64,000 bases of DNA from an uncultured Thermoplasmata archaeon (GCA_963768855.1 CAVYJM010000015.1:1-64000), one strand, 5' to 3'; shown: positions 19,834-28,969, counted from the stretch's first letter. The notes: generated by a model from the sequence alone, not told the origin. Translations and numbers: made by a program.

Positions 19834-19973
19834 ACCAGCTGTCCCCACGCGATGACCAACCGTCACCGCCCACCGGAGCCCGCTCAGAGCGCGGGGTGAC
19901 CTCACCTCCTGCTCCCCACAGTCCGGTGTCACAGGATTCAAGTCCTCCCCGGGCATCCCGATGCTCGTCTCAG

Positions 19974-20852
19974 ATGGCGGAAGCGGACCGCGCGGAGGGG
20001 ATTCGCCCCCTGATCCGCCCGATGCGGTGGCTACTCTACGCGGCCAGCGGCCTCGTGGCCCTTGCGGGCTTCCAACTGTTCATCCTCTCGGACCGGACCG
20101 CGACCACCTTCGCGTGGACGGTCAAGTCAACCCTGACGGCGGCGTCCCTGGGGGCCGCGTACTGGTCCGCGGTGCCCGTCGAGTTCCTGGCCGCCCGGGA
20201 GAGCACGTGGGCGAAGGCCCGAATCGCGGTGCCCGGCGTCTGGAGCTTCACGACGCTCACCCTCATCCTGACAATCCTCCACGCGGACCTGTTCCACTTC
20301 TCGAGCCCGGACCTCGCACCACGAGCGGCGGCGTACCTGTGGCTCGGAATCTACGCGGGCGTCCCGGCCGCGATGCTCGTGACCCTGTTCCTGCAGCTGC
20401 GGAGGCCCGGAGGCGATCCGCCCGTGGAGAAGCCGTTCCCTGCATGGCTGCGGATCTTCTTCCTCGTCGAGGGGACCGGGATGCTGGTCGTGGGCCTCGC
20501 CCTGTTCGTCGTGCCGGACGCGACCCGACCCGTATGGCCCTGGAACCTGACGACCCTCACGGCCCGCGCGGTCGGCGCCTGGCTCCTCGGGCTCTCCGTG
20601 ATCCAGTTCCACGCCCTCCGCGAGAACGACCTGGCGCGGATCCGGCCGCTCGGCGGCGGCCTCACCGTCTTCGGCGTGTTCCAGCTCGTCGCGCTCGCGC
20701 GGTACTCCGACCAGATGGCTTGGGGGACCATGGGCGCGTGGCTCTACCTGCTCTTCCTCGCGAGCCTTGTGCCCGCCGGGCTGTACGCATGGTTCGGACC
20801 CGGTTTCTTCCGCGGTCGCCGCATTTCACACGATCCGAACGCGCGGGACTGA
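19974..20852 (+). CDS. Polytopic membrane protein built from two internally repeated halves
   Basis: About 8 TMs. LFILSDRTATTFAWTVKSTLTAASLGAAY resembles LFVVPDATRPVWPWNLTTLTARAVGAWL. Confidence 0.75.
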   Translation: MAEADRAEGIRPLIRPMRWLLYAASGLVALAGFQLFILSDRTATTFAWTVKSTLTAASLGAAYWSAVPVEFLAARESTWAKARIAVPGVWSFTTLTLILTILHADLFHFSSPDLAPRAAAYLWLGIYAGVPAAMLVTLFLQLRRPGGDPPVEKPFPAWLRIFFLVEGTGMLVVGLALFVVPDATRPVWPWNLTTLTARAVGAWLLGLSVIQFHALRENDLARIRPLGGGLTVFGVFQLVALARYSDQMAWGTMGAWLYLLFLASLVPAGLYAWFGPGFFRGRRISHDPNARD

Positions 20853-20856
20853 CCGC

Positions 20857-21693
20857 TCATCTCTTCGTCGCAGACCAATGCGGGCCACCGGCGAGCTTCA
20901 CAGATGCGACGCGGCCTTCCTTCTCCAGGCGTTCGAGCCTCTTCTGGGCCTCCCTCTCGGTGATCCCGAGGACCCGTGCGATCTCCGACCGCGGCGCGGA
21001 CCCATGGCGTCGCAAGTAGCCCACAGGATCCGAGGGTTTCTGCTTCGGAAGCCGTCCTCCCGCGAGGTAGTCGATCGCGCCCTCGACGACCTTGGGGTCG
21101 AAGGCGTAATCCAGGAGGACCGTGCGGTCGCCGCCATCCGTGAGGGCGATGCTGTAGAAGCCCAGGGGAACGTGCGGGAATCCATGACCCTGATGGGTCA
21201 GCTCCTCGCGTCGCGCATCCGTGTCCCGATAGGCGCGGAGGAACGCGTCCACGTTGAGCTTCGCCTCCTTCGCGGCCTCCTCGAGCACCGCCTCGCGCGT
21301 CACGTCCTGCCCCTCGACGCAGAACCGCCGCAACAGGGCGCGCATGAATCGCGCGGCCTTCGCCTCCCCCTGCCGCTTCGCCGCCAGGACGGCGAGCGTC
21401 GCGGGCATCACGTTCTTCGGCTCGCCCGCGCCGTAGGTCGTGCGGAGCGGCACGCCCATGATCTGCACGGCCTCGCGGGCCCACTCCTCCTGCCCCGCGA
21501 CGGTCATCTCGTAGTTCCGCATCCACTCGTCCAGGTCCTCGTAGACGCATCCGAGGAGCAGGTGGATCTTCACCCGGCCCCCGTACGCGAGCGAGATGCG
21601 GTTCAGCACCGCCTCGTAGCCCCAGGACCACCAGCAGGTCGGGGCGGTCGCGTGATAGATGTGCACCTGCGTCGCGCTCTTCCTCGAGGGCAT
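20857..21693 (-). CDS. DsbA/FrnE-like thioredoxin-fold protein with C-terminal winged-HTH
   Basis: APTCWWSWG active-site-like motif. Typical DSBA helical insert (PATLAVLAAK...FMRALLRRFCVEGQDVT). C-terminal SEIARVLGITEREAQKRLERLEKEGRV. Confidence 0.7.
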   Translation of the reverse strand: MPSRKSATQVHIYHATAPTCWWSWGYEAVLNRISLAYGGRVKIHLLLGCVYEDLDEWMRNYEMTVAGQEEWAREAVQIMGVPLRTTYGAGEPKNVMPATLAVLAAKRQGEAKAARFMRALLRRFCVEGQDVTREAVLEEAAKEAKLNVDAFLRAYRDTDARREELTHQGHGFPHVPLGFYSIALTDGGDRTVLLDYAFDPKVVEGAIDYLAGGRLPKQKPSDPVGYLRRHGSAPRSEIARVLGITEREAQKRLERLEKEGRVASVKLAGGPHWSATKR

Positions 21694-21723
21694 CGCACCT
21701 TCCCCCTTGCCGGATCCGGGCGC

Positions 21724-21996
21724 CTAGCCCCAGAATTCCTTCTCGCTGAGCGCGACCTGCCAGTTGACCGGCTCCAGAGGGATCTTGTTCTCCGCGACCC
21801 AGGGCAGGAACTCCCGCCCGCTCTCGCCGATGTTCCCCGACTTCGTCCAGGTCAGGTACAGGAGGTCCGCGTCCTGCGCGTAGTAGGGACCGTCGACCTT
21901 CTCCCCGTGCTTCTTCGCGAGCTCCTGGAGCTTCGCCGTGACCTTCGCCAGTTGTTCCCTCGTGCCGCTGAAATTCGCCTTCCAAAGAACGAGCAC
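21724..21996 (-). CDS. Small hypothetical protein (~90 aa, possibly ferredoxin-like dimeric barrel)
   Basis: GTG 21996 preceded by AGGAG/GAGG. The protein-like sequence starts only here within the 133 aa ORF. Confidence 0.6.
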   Translation of the reverse strand: MLVLWKANFSGTREQLAKVTAKLQELAKKHGEKVDGPYYAQDADLLYLTWTKSGNIGESGREFLPWVAENKIPLEPVNWQVALSEKEFWG

Positions 21997-22161
21997 TGCC
22001 TCGACTCCTGCGCAGGGATATGTTTCGGTCTGCCTAAAGGGTTCCGACCGCGGGGCAAGCGGCGTGTCCGGCCCGGCGGGCGAGTCGACGCGGCGTCCGC
22101 TGGAAAGCACGAAAGACTGCGACACCCGTCGTCAGACCGACCGACGTACCGGACCGGGTCG

Positions 22162-22722
22162 TCAGTGCCGCCGGTTTCGAGAATCAGGCAGGGCCGACCG
22201 CGAATGCTCCGACCGCGACGACATGAGCAACATGGAGGCAGGGACGCCCGGGTACCCGCCATCCAGGTTCCCCGGGATCACGGCACGGTAGCGTCCGTGG
22301 CTGCGCGTGACGAGGCCGAGCTCGGTCAGACGCCTCAAGTGGTAGGATGCAAGCTGTCGACTCACGCCGAGGGAAGCCGCCACGGCGCTCGGCCGCGCTT
22401 CGCGGGCTCGGACGACGGCCGACCACACGCGCACCCGGAGATCCCGGTACTTCCAGTACTGCTTGAAGGTCTCGTTCATCGGCGGGGGAGACCCTTTCGT
22501 GACGACGAAGTACCTCAGCTTGCTCCCCATCCGCTCGGATCGTACGAGGCCCTGCTTCGCGAGGACCGTGAGGTGGTGCCTCGTCGTCCCGAGGGACAGA
22601 TGAAGGGATCGTCCGATGGACCGGAAGTGGTCTCCGGGGAGAAGATTCAGATGGTCGACGATCCGACGGCGGGTCGGCTGCTCGAGGAGGTTCAGGCCCT
22701 GGTAGGTGCTCACCCGGCCCAC
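22162..22722 (-). CDS. Double winged-HTH transcriptional regulator (archaeal COG3398-like)
   Basis: Two ArsR-like HTHs: PGDHFRSIGRSLHLSLGTTRHHL and SAVAASLGVSRQLASYHLRRL. Confidence 0.85.
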   Translation of the reverse strand: MGRVSTYQGLNLLEQPTRRRIVDHLNLLPGDHFRSIGRSLHLSLGTTRHHLTVLAKQGLVRSERMGSKLRYFVVTKGSPPPMNETFKQYWKYRDLRVRVWSAVVRAREARPSAVAASLGVSRQLASYHLRRLTELGLVTRSHGRYRAVIPGNLDGGYPGVPASMLLMSSRSEHSRSALPDSRNRRH

Positions 22723-22896
22723 CGTCCCACCAAGGGCGGGACGGCGAACGCTGGATGACTGTCAGCGAAGACCATCGGACCCCCCAACCCCACGATTTCA
22801 GGATGCATATTGACTGGCAGTATATCAAGACTGTCCTAAGGCGCCGGCCCCGAGCCGCCCAGGGCGAGGTGCTCTCGGAGGTGAGAACAGGTTTTG

Positions 22897-23283
22897 TCAA
22901 TCTCGCGTCACGTAGACGTGACTTTTGGACTCGGCTTTGGGCGGCAGGGCGAAGAGCCGATCCAGGAGGGTCTGGGCCGAGGCCGACAGATGTTTCCTGG
23001 ATACGCTCAAGGGAGCCAGCAGGACGAGCAAGTTGTCGTCCTGTGTCCGCATCACGAGGAGCCGTTGCCCGCCCGCTTCCACGAGAACCCGGCGAGGCCG
23101 TTGCCCCCGGAGCTCCTCCAGCAGGACGTCGACGGACCCGATCATCGTCGCGGACATGATGCTCAGGACCTCCTGCCGAACCCGCCCGCGGCTCCAGCCA
23201 CCGAGCACGTCGCCACCGGAGGTCAGGAGAAACACGCCGTCGAGCTGCTCCGCCGTCTCGACGTCCCCCAGAAGCGAGTCCAA
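22897..23283 (-). CDS. Roadblock/LC7 (MglB-like) domain protein
   Basis: LDGVFLLTSGGDVL...LSIMSATMIG...RVLVEAGGQRLLVM...LLVLLA, the Roadblock helix/strand pattern. Confidence 0.8.
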   Translation of the reverse strand: MDSLLGDVETAEQLDGVFLLTSGGDVLGGWSRGRVRQEVLSIMSATMIGSVDVLLEELRGQRPRRVLVEAGGQRLLVMRTQDDNLLVLLAPLSVSRKHLSASAQTLLDRLFALPPKAESKSHVYVTRD

Positions 23284-23353
23284 GTCCCCTCGCGCCGTTC
23301 CGGATTGATCCGCGCCGATCGGCCCTCTCCTCGGAGGGAATAGGCGTCTCCCT

Positions 23354-23359
23354 CTTAAG
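23354..23359. promoter_or_regulatory. Palindromic CTTAAG TATA-like box between divergent genes
   Basis: The same hexamer lies about 20-35 nt upstream of starts at 1798, 36595 and 48089. Confidence 0.45.
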
Positions 23360-23523
23360 CCGTATCATTGCAGAAACCTCGTTCGTGGGGGGGTTGAGGC
23401 GAGGAAGGCTCAGAAATGGGGAGCCCACCTCGCGATCCACTCTGTCCGCCCGCCAGCCGGCGCGTGCGACTCCAGCCGGACACACACGCTTTCATATCAG
23501 GCCGTGCCCCTGCCGCCCTTGCC

Positions 23524-24159
23524 ATGCGACGAGTCCTGCCCGTCGTGATCATCGTCCTCGTCGGCGTGGCGTTCACGGTCGCGGCCCTCACGGGGGGGAC
23601 GGGGTCGCTCTTCGTCGCCTCCCTCGTGGCGGCGGCCGCGATGCTGATCGTGGTCGTCTTCCTCGTCGCCTTCTCGCGGGGCTCCGAGCCGGCCGCCGGT
23701 GCACCGTCCGGGGGGTTTCTGCCCTTCGAAGAAGCGGCGCGCCACGCAAGGAGGGGCGGTCTGTTCGACGAATCGGGCAGCGAGGCCGCGCGGGGATCCT
23801 CGGAGGGTGCCGTCGGAGATGCGGTCTCCCGGGACTCGGCCCGGGCGTTCGTGAGCACCCTCGTTCCCTTCCCCGTGGCCGGCAGTTCGCTGTCGACGGC
23901 GGCCTCGCGCAAGGCCCTCCTGGACGCCCTCCGCAAGGAAGGAACCGGACTGGTCCGCCTCGCGAAGGTGACGGGCGTCGACGTGACGCCGTACAAGGCC
24001 TTCCTCGCGGACGCGCGGGAGGCAGCGCTCCAGGGGGACGGAGGTGCGAGCCTCCGCTCGCTTCAGCTCGCGAACGAACTGCTTCGCGCTTCGATCGAGA
24101 AGTTCCTCTTCAAGCGCAGACAGCATGCCCCGGAACCGCAGGGACTCAAGGACCGTTAG
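23524..24159 (+). CDS. 2-TM membrane protein with cytoplasmic helical C-terminal domain
   Basis: Two N-terminal TMs. C-terminal ...GVDVTPYKAFLADAREAALQGDGGASLRSLQLANELL helical hairpin. Confidence 0.7.
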   Translation: MRRVLPVVIIVLVGVAFTVAALTGGTGSLFVASLVAAAAMLIVVVFLVAFSRGSEPAAGAPSGGFLPFEEAARHARRGGLFDESGSEAARGSSEGAVGDAVSRDSARAFVSTLVPFPVAGSSLSTAASRKALLDALRKEGTGLVRLAKVTGVDVTPYKAFLADAREAALQGDGGASLRSLQLANELLRASIEKFLFKRRQHAPEPQGLKDR

Positions 24160-24253
24160 CGCGGCGAGCCTCGGACCCCGGCGAACCGGCCGCACGGCCG
24201 GACCCACAGCAAAGGTTTTGCGGTGGCCCCGTCCTTGGGGCGACCGAGCCCCC

Positions 24254-24454
24254 ATGGCCTATGTCATCGACGACGCAACCCGGATGGCGAGCGCTGCGGC
24301 CGTCCTCTTGCTCGCCCTCCTCCTGATCATCCGGCACATCCTCCTCCCGCGGCTCGACGACGTCCAGCTGAGGCGATTCGAGGCACCGCTCATCCTGCTG
24401 TTTGGCGTGTTCCTCGTGTATGTCATCGCGAATTTCCTGGAGGCCCTTCCCTAG
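24254..24454 (+). CDS. Small 2-TM membrane protein (66 aa)
   Basis: Two hydrophobic helices separated by PRLDDVQLRRFEAP. Lies directly before the CPBP gene. Confidence 0.7.
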   Translation: MAYVIDDATRMASAAAVLLLALLLIIRHILLPRLDDVQLRRFEAPLILLFGVFLVYVIANFLEALP

Positions 24455-24505
24455 GGACCGGGCAAGGCGACAAGGGGGGAAGCACTGGACCGCACGGACG
24501 ATGGC

Positions 24506-25327
24506 ATGGGCATCACCCATCCGGGGTTCCCTCTCCGGCGACCGTCCGCCGAGGCCACCTATCTTCTCCTTCTGGCGGCCTTCGTTTGCGGGTACGGGAT
24601 AGCCGCCGCCCTCCTGACCCTCTCGATCGAAGGCCCCGTCGCGGCCTACCCGGGAGGGCTCGTCTTGCTGGTCCTCCTCGGAGCCGGCGTGTTCGTCGGG
24701 ACGCTACTGGACACCCGGGAGCCCGCACAGCGCTTCTATCTCGCCTTGTCGATCGTCCCGGGGCTCACGGTCGCGCGGCTGGCGTTCATGAGGATGCCCC
24801 CGGAGATCCTCGACCCGCTCTTCGTGTACCTCTTACTCGCCGTGACCGTCCTCGTCTTCCGGCAAACGACCGGCATGCCGTCCGGGCTCCGCCAGCTGAG
24901 CCGAGCCGAGTGGGCCCGTGCCCTTCCCCTCGGGGCCGCCCTGGCCGCGGGACTCGGGATCCTCGGCATCGTCCTCTTTGCGCCGGGAGGATCGATCGCA
25001 GGCGGGCCCGTCTGGATCTCGGTCCTCGTCGTCGCGCCGGTGGCCTTCCTCGATGAGTTCTGGTTCCGTGGCATCCTTCAGCGAGGCCTGGCCAGTGTCA
25101 CCTCGGCCCGGTGGGGATGGCTCGCGACCGCGATCTTGTTCGCCGCGTACGGTGCTCCGTTCGCCACTCCGGCCACCTTCCTGTTCCGCGGCGCGTACGG
25201 TCTCGCCTTCGGCGCGCTCGCGATGCGTCGGGAGAATTTGCCCGTCGTCTTCCTGGCGCGGACCGGGATGGCCGTCGCGATCGCGGCGTTCAATCCGGGC
25301 CTCGTAGGCAACGCGCTGATCGTCTGA
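24506..25327 (+). CDS. CPBP/Rce1-like (CAAX, Abi) intramembrane protease homolog with degenerate catalytic motifs
   Basis: Motif 1 reads LDEFWFRGILQ. The motif 2 and 3 histidines are absent (LFAAYG; FLARTGM). Confidence 0.75.
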   Translation: MGITHPGFPLRRPSAEATYLLLLAAFVCGYGIAAALLTLSIEGPVAAYPGGLVLLVLLGAGVFVGTLLDTREPAQRFYLALSIVPGLTVARLAFMRMPPEILDPLFVYLLLAVTVLVFRQTTGMPSGLRQLSRAEWARALPLGAALAAGLGILGIVLFAPGGSIAGGPVWISVLVVAPVAFLDEFWFRGILQRGLASVTSARWGWLATAILFAAYGAPFATPATFLFRGAYGLAFGALAMRRENLPVVFLARTGMAVAIAAFNPGLVGNALIV

Positions 25328-25432
25328 GCCTCGCCGGACCGCGCGGTAAAAATCCGTTCCACAATCGCCATATAACCTCGACCTTCTCAGTTAGAGTCCA
25401 GATACAACGGGTCACAATGGGAGGGGCTAGGA

Positions 25433-26347
25433 TTGTCGCTGAGTGAAGAGGTGAGGGGAGACCCTACGTTCCAGAACGAGGAAATCCTCGTCCGGGACAT
25501 GGCGGAATCCGTCCCCGTCGAGCAGGTCGTCGTCACGCCTCTCCCCCCGATCGAGGAGCTCATCATCCTCATGCCCGCGCTCGACGAGGAGCGTGGGATC
25601 GGCGGCGTCCTGGACAACATCCCGTTCGAGGCCCTCCAAGACATGGGATGCGAGGTGTCGATCCTCGTCGTCGATGGCGAGTCGGAGGACGCGACGCGGG
25701 AGATCGCGGAGCGGAAGGGCGCCCACGTGTTCATCCAGTCAGGCCGCGGGAAGGGCAACGGCGTGCGGCAGGCGTTCGGCCGGATCGTGCGCCATCAGGC
25801 CGATGTCCGGTACCAGCATCACCGCCAGTCCGTGATCATGCTCGATGCGGACGGGACGTACCCGGTCGAGGACATCCCGCTGATCGTGGACGCGCTGCGG
25901 GCGGGCAACGACATCGTGATGGGCTCTCGCCTCCTGGGGAAGATCGACCCCGGCGCGATGACCGGACTCAACCGGTTCGGGAACCAGATGCTCAGCCTCC
26001 TCGCCCACGCCTTGTTCGACGTCCCCGTCACGGACGTCTGCACGGGCATGTGGGGATTCTCCGAGGAGTTCCTCCAGCGGTGCGAGCTCCAGGCAAAAGG
26101 CTTCGAGCTCGAAGCAGAAATCTTCGCGTCGGCGGCCCTCATGGGCGCGCGGATCACGGAGGTTCCGATTCGGTACCGCGTTCGGCACGGGGAGCCGAAG
26201 ATGGTTCCCCTCCGGACGGGTGTCCAGATCGCTCGGTGCCTGATCCGGAAGCGCCTTGGGACCCTCCTCAGCCGGCCCCACCACATCCTCGTGCGAACGA
26301 CCCAGCGTGAGGGCTCCCGACATGAAAGTGTGTCTTCTGACTCCTGA
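25433..26347 (+). CDS. GT2 glycosyltransferase (DPM1/AglJ-like)
   Basis: MPALDEE, VDGESED, GRGKGNG, MLDADGTYP, GSRL and DVCTGMWGF. Confidence 0.92.
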   Translation: MSLSEEVRGDPTFQNEEILVRDMAESVPVEQVVVTPLPPIEELIILMPALDEERGIGGVLDNIPFEALQDMGCEVSILVVDGESEDATREIAERKGAHVFIQSGRGKGNGVRQAFGRIVRHQADVRYQHHRQSVIMLDADGTYPVEDIPLIVDALRAGNDIVMGSRLLGKIDPGAMTGLNRFGNQMLSLLAHALFDVPVTDVCTGMWGFSEEFLQRCELQAKGFELEAEIFASAALMGARITEVPIRYRVRHGEPKMVPLRTGVQIARCLIRKRLGTLLSRPHHILVRTTQREGSRHESVSSDS

Positions 26348-27527
26348 GTTCCTCCCGTCCTGGGGCGGCATCGGAACGTACACGTACTACCTCGCCCGGG
26401 GCCTCCAGGACCACGCCGAGGTGCACGTCGTCACCTCGGACGCGACCCTCCAGAGGGAGGGCCTCGCGGGCCTCGAACGAGTGCAGATCCACCCGCTCCC
26501 CACGGGCGGCAAGGGGCGCGAAGGCGCGAGCTCCCTCCGCTTCCAGATGGCCGTATGGAAGCACCTGCCCCGACTCGTCCGGGATGGCGGGTTCGACATC
26601 GTGCACAGCAACCACGCCCAGATGTCCGACGTGCTCGCGCGGCTCCGCCCGATGGACACCAACGCGGTGGTCACGATCCACACGACCCTCGATTCGCAGC
26701 TCGCGGGGACGCTCCAGGCGAGCCCCGTGGCGCAACCGCAGGACAGCGAGCGCACGGTGCTCCGGCACCGCCACCTGTTGCGGATGGTGGAACGTCGGTA
26801 CCTGAAGCGGTCGCCGTCCCTGATCTTCGTCTCCCGCTGGATCCAGGAACAGGCCCTGAGGACCTACGGCCTGCGCCCGAGGAACAGCATGGTCGTCCCG
26901 AACGGGGTCGACACGGAGATGTTCAGCCCGTACCGGTGGCCGCCCTCGTCCCGTCCGGACGAACCCCGCGGGGACGCGCGTCGATTCACGCTGCTCTATG
27001 CGGGACGCCTCCTGGCCCAGAAGGGCCTGGGCACGCTCCTCCAGGCCATCCGGTTCATGCCCCCGAGGGTCCACGTGGTCATCGCGGGTCCCGGAAACCC
27101 CGCTCCCTGGAGGGAGTTCGCGACGAGGCACGGGATTCCAGCGAACCGATATGAGTTCGCCGGGCGTATCGCGTACGAGGACATGCCCGGCCTCTACCAC
27201 TCCGCCGACGCGGTCGTGCTCCCGAGCTTCCTCGAGAGCTGCCCCCTCGCGGGCCTTGAGGCGATGTCCAGCGGCACACCCCTCATCGCCGCGGACGTCG
27301 GAGGCGTCTCGGAGATCGTTCACGACGGGGAGACGGGCTTCCTCTTCCCTGCAGGGGATGCGAGGGCGCTGGGCGCCCGCGTAGCCTCCGTCACGCAGGA
27401 CGGCCCCGCGGTCCACCGGGTGCTCTTCAGCGCGAGGCGCTGGATCGAGACGAACGCGACCGTGGCCCGGATGGCGGGCCAGACGCTCAACCTCTACCGC
27501 GACGCCCTCGGGGAGGGAGACAACTGA
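26322..27527 (+). CDS. GT4 glycosyltransferase
   Basis: MKVCLLTPEFLPSWGGIGTY, YAGRLLAQKG and ESCPLAGLEAMSSGTP. Confidence 0.93.
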   Translation: MKVCLLTPEFLPSWGGIGTYTYYLARGLQDHAEVHVVTSDATLQREGLAGLERVQIHPLPTGGKGREGASSLRFQMAVWKHLPRLVRDGGFDIVHSNHAQMSDVLARLRPMDTNAVVTIHTTLDSQLAGTLQASPVAQPQDSERTVLRHRHLLRMVERRYLKRSPSLIFVSRWIQEQALRTYGLRPRNSMVVPNGVDTEMFSPYRWPPSSRPDEPRGDARRFTLLYAGRLLAQKGLGTLLQAIRFMPPRVHVVIAGPGNPAPWREFATRHGIPANRYEFAGRIAYEDMPGLYHSADAVVLPSFLESCPLAGLEAMSSGTPLIAADVGGVSEIVHDGETGFLFPAGDARALGARVASVTQDGPAVHRVLFSARRWIETNATVARMAGQTLNLYRDALGEGDN

Positions 27528-28960
27528 AGGTCCTCCTCGTGAACCCGCCGCGGTTCCAGGGCAGCTCCGTCGTGCGGGAGGAGCGGTGCGAGGTCCCCGA
27601 GCGATACTCCGTCCTGGAACCGTACAGTCTCCTCCAGCTCAGCGCCCTCCTTCGCGAAAAGGGGCACGATGTCGACCTCCTCGATGCGAACGGAGGCGAC
27701 TTGGACTTCGGGGAGGTCGAGGCCCGGTTCCGCCACAGGGCCTTCGACGCGATGGTCTTCCGCTTCACGCCGACGACGTTCGACCACGACATGCGGGTCG
27801 CGCGCCTCGCGAAGGAAGTCCACCCGGACGCGAAGACGGTCGGCATCTCGTGGACCCTCCGCACGCTGCCGAAGGAGGTCCTCGCGGAGGCCCCTCCGAT
27901 GGACGTGTACCTGCGCCACGAGTACGAGGCCGTCGGACCCGTCCTGATCGACGCCCTCGAGGAGGGCAAGCCCCTTTCCGACGTGGCGGGGATCGCCTTC
28001 CGAGAGGATGGCCACGTCAACGTGACCCGCGACTCCGCGCCCTTCCCGGACTACGACGACCTCCCGATGCCCGCGTACGACCTCCTGCCTTCCCTCGATC
28101 CCTACTTCATCTCCGCGCGGGCCGGGCAGCCGTTCACGATCATGTACACGAGCAAGGGTTGCCCGTACGCCTGCAACTTCTGCACCGTCGCGCGGACGCG
28201 GTGGAAGGACCGGTCCGCGGACAGCGTCCTGAACGAGCTCCGATACCTGCGCGACAACTACCGGATCCGGACCGTCTCCTTCTTCGATGAGACGTTCACG
28301 ATGAGCAAGAAGCGCGTGCGCGCGATCTGCGAGGGGATCCGGCAGGAGCGCCTGGATGTCCGGTGGTACTGCAACACCCGCGTCGCCCTGGTCGACCCGG
28401 ACCTGCTCCGCGACATGCACTCCGCGGGGTGCAGCGGCATCTCGTTCGGCGTCGAATCGGGGAACCAGAAGATCCTCGACGGCGCGAGCAAGCAGGCCAC
28501 GGTGGCCCAGGCCGAGAGCGCGATCCTTGCCGCGAAGGCCGCGGGGATCAAGACGTACTGCGCGTTCATCCTGGGACTGCCCGGGGAGACGAGGGAGAGC
28601 GCGATGGACACGATCCGCTTCGCGCTCCGCACCCTGCCGAACGGCGCCCAGTTCAACGTCCTTGCGCCGTACCCGGGGACCCAGCTCCACGACGAGCTCC
28701 AGGAGCAGGGCCTCCTCCCGGTGATGGACTGGCGGAAGATGTACCAGGACCGGGCCGCCCTCGGGACGAAGGACCTGACCCCCGAGGATCTAAACCAGCT
28801 GCGCCGGCTCGCTTACACGAGCCTCTACTTCAGCCCCCACTGGTGGCTCCAGAACGTCCGCTTCGCGCTCGCGAGCGCGGTCGATTTCCAGCTCGCCTCC
28901 CGCTACGCCCTCCGCGTCCTCAACAATTACTTTGTGCATGGGATGCATAACTCCCACTGA
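27524..28960 (+). CDS. Cobalamin-binding radical SAM protein (class B / HpnJ-BchE-like), probable CTG start
   Basis: KVLLVNPP N-terminus, B12-binding region, SKGCPYACNFC (CxxxCxxC), FFDETF, FGVESG and FILGLPGET. Confidence 0.92.
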   Translation: MKVLLVNPPRFQGSSVVREERCEVPERYSVLEPYSLLQLSALLREKGHDVDLLDANGGDLDFGEVEARFRHRAFDAMVFRFTPTTFDHDMRVARLAKEVHPDAKTVGISWTLRTLPKEVLAEAPPMDVYLRHEYEAVGPVLIDALEEGKPLSDVAGIAFREDGHVNVTRDSAPFPDYDDLPMPAYDLLPSLDPYFISARAGQPFTIMYTSKGCPYACNFCTVARTRWKDRSADSVLNELRYLRDNYRIRTVSFFDETFTMSKKRVRAICEGIRQERLDVRWYCNTRVALVDPDLLRDMHSAGCSGISFGVESGNQKILDGASKQATVAQAESAILAAKAAGIKTYCAFILGLPGETRESAMDTIRFALRTLPNGAQFNVLAPYPGTQLHDELQEQGLLPVMDWRKMYQDRAALGTKDLTPEDLNQLRRLAYTSLYFSPHWWLQNVRFALASAVDFQLASRYALRVLNNYFVHGMHNSH

Positions 28961-28969
28961 GGCGCGCGG

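Noticed and set aside
20767-22758. Long antisense or alternative-frame ORFs (for example 377-1828, 17555-18943, 20767-22758, 27494-28690, 28790-30298, 38081-39355, 44793-46430, 53255-54871)
   Set aside because: They are Arg/Gly/Pro-rich shadows expected at this GC content, lie opposite well-supported genes and have no recognisable motifs.
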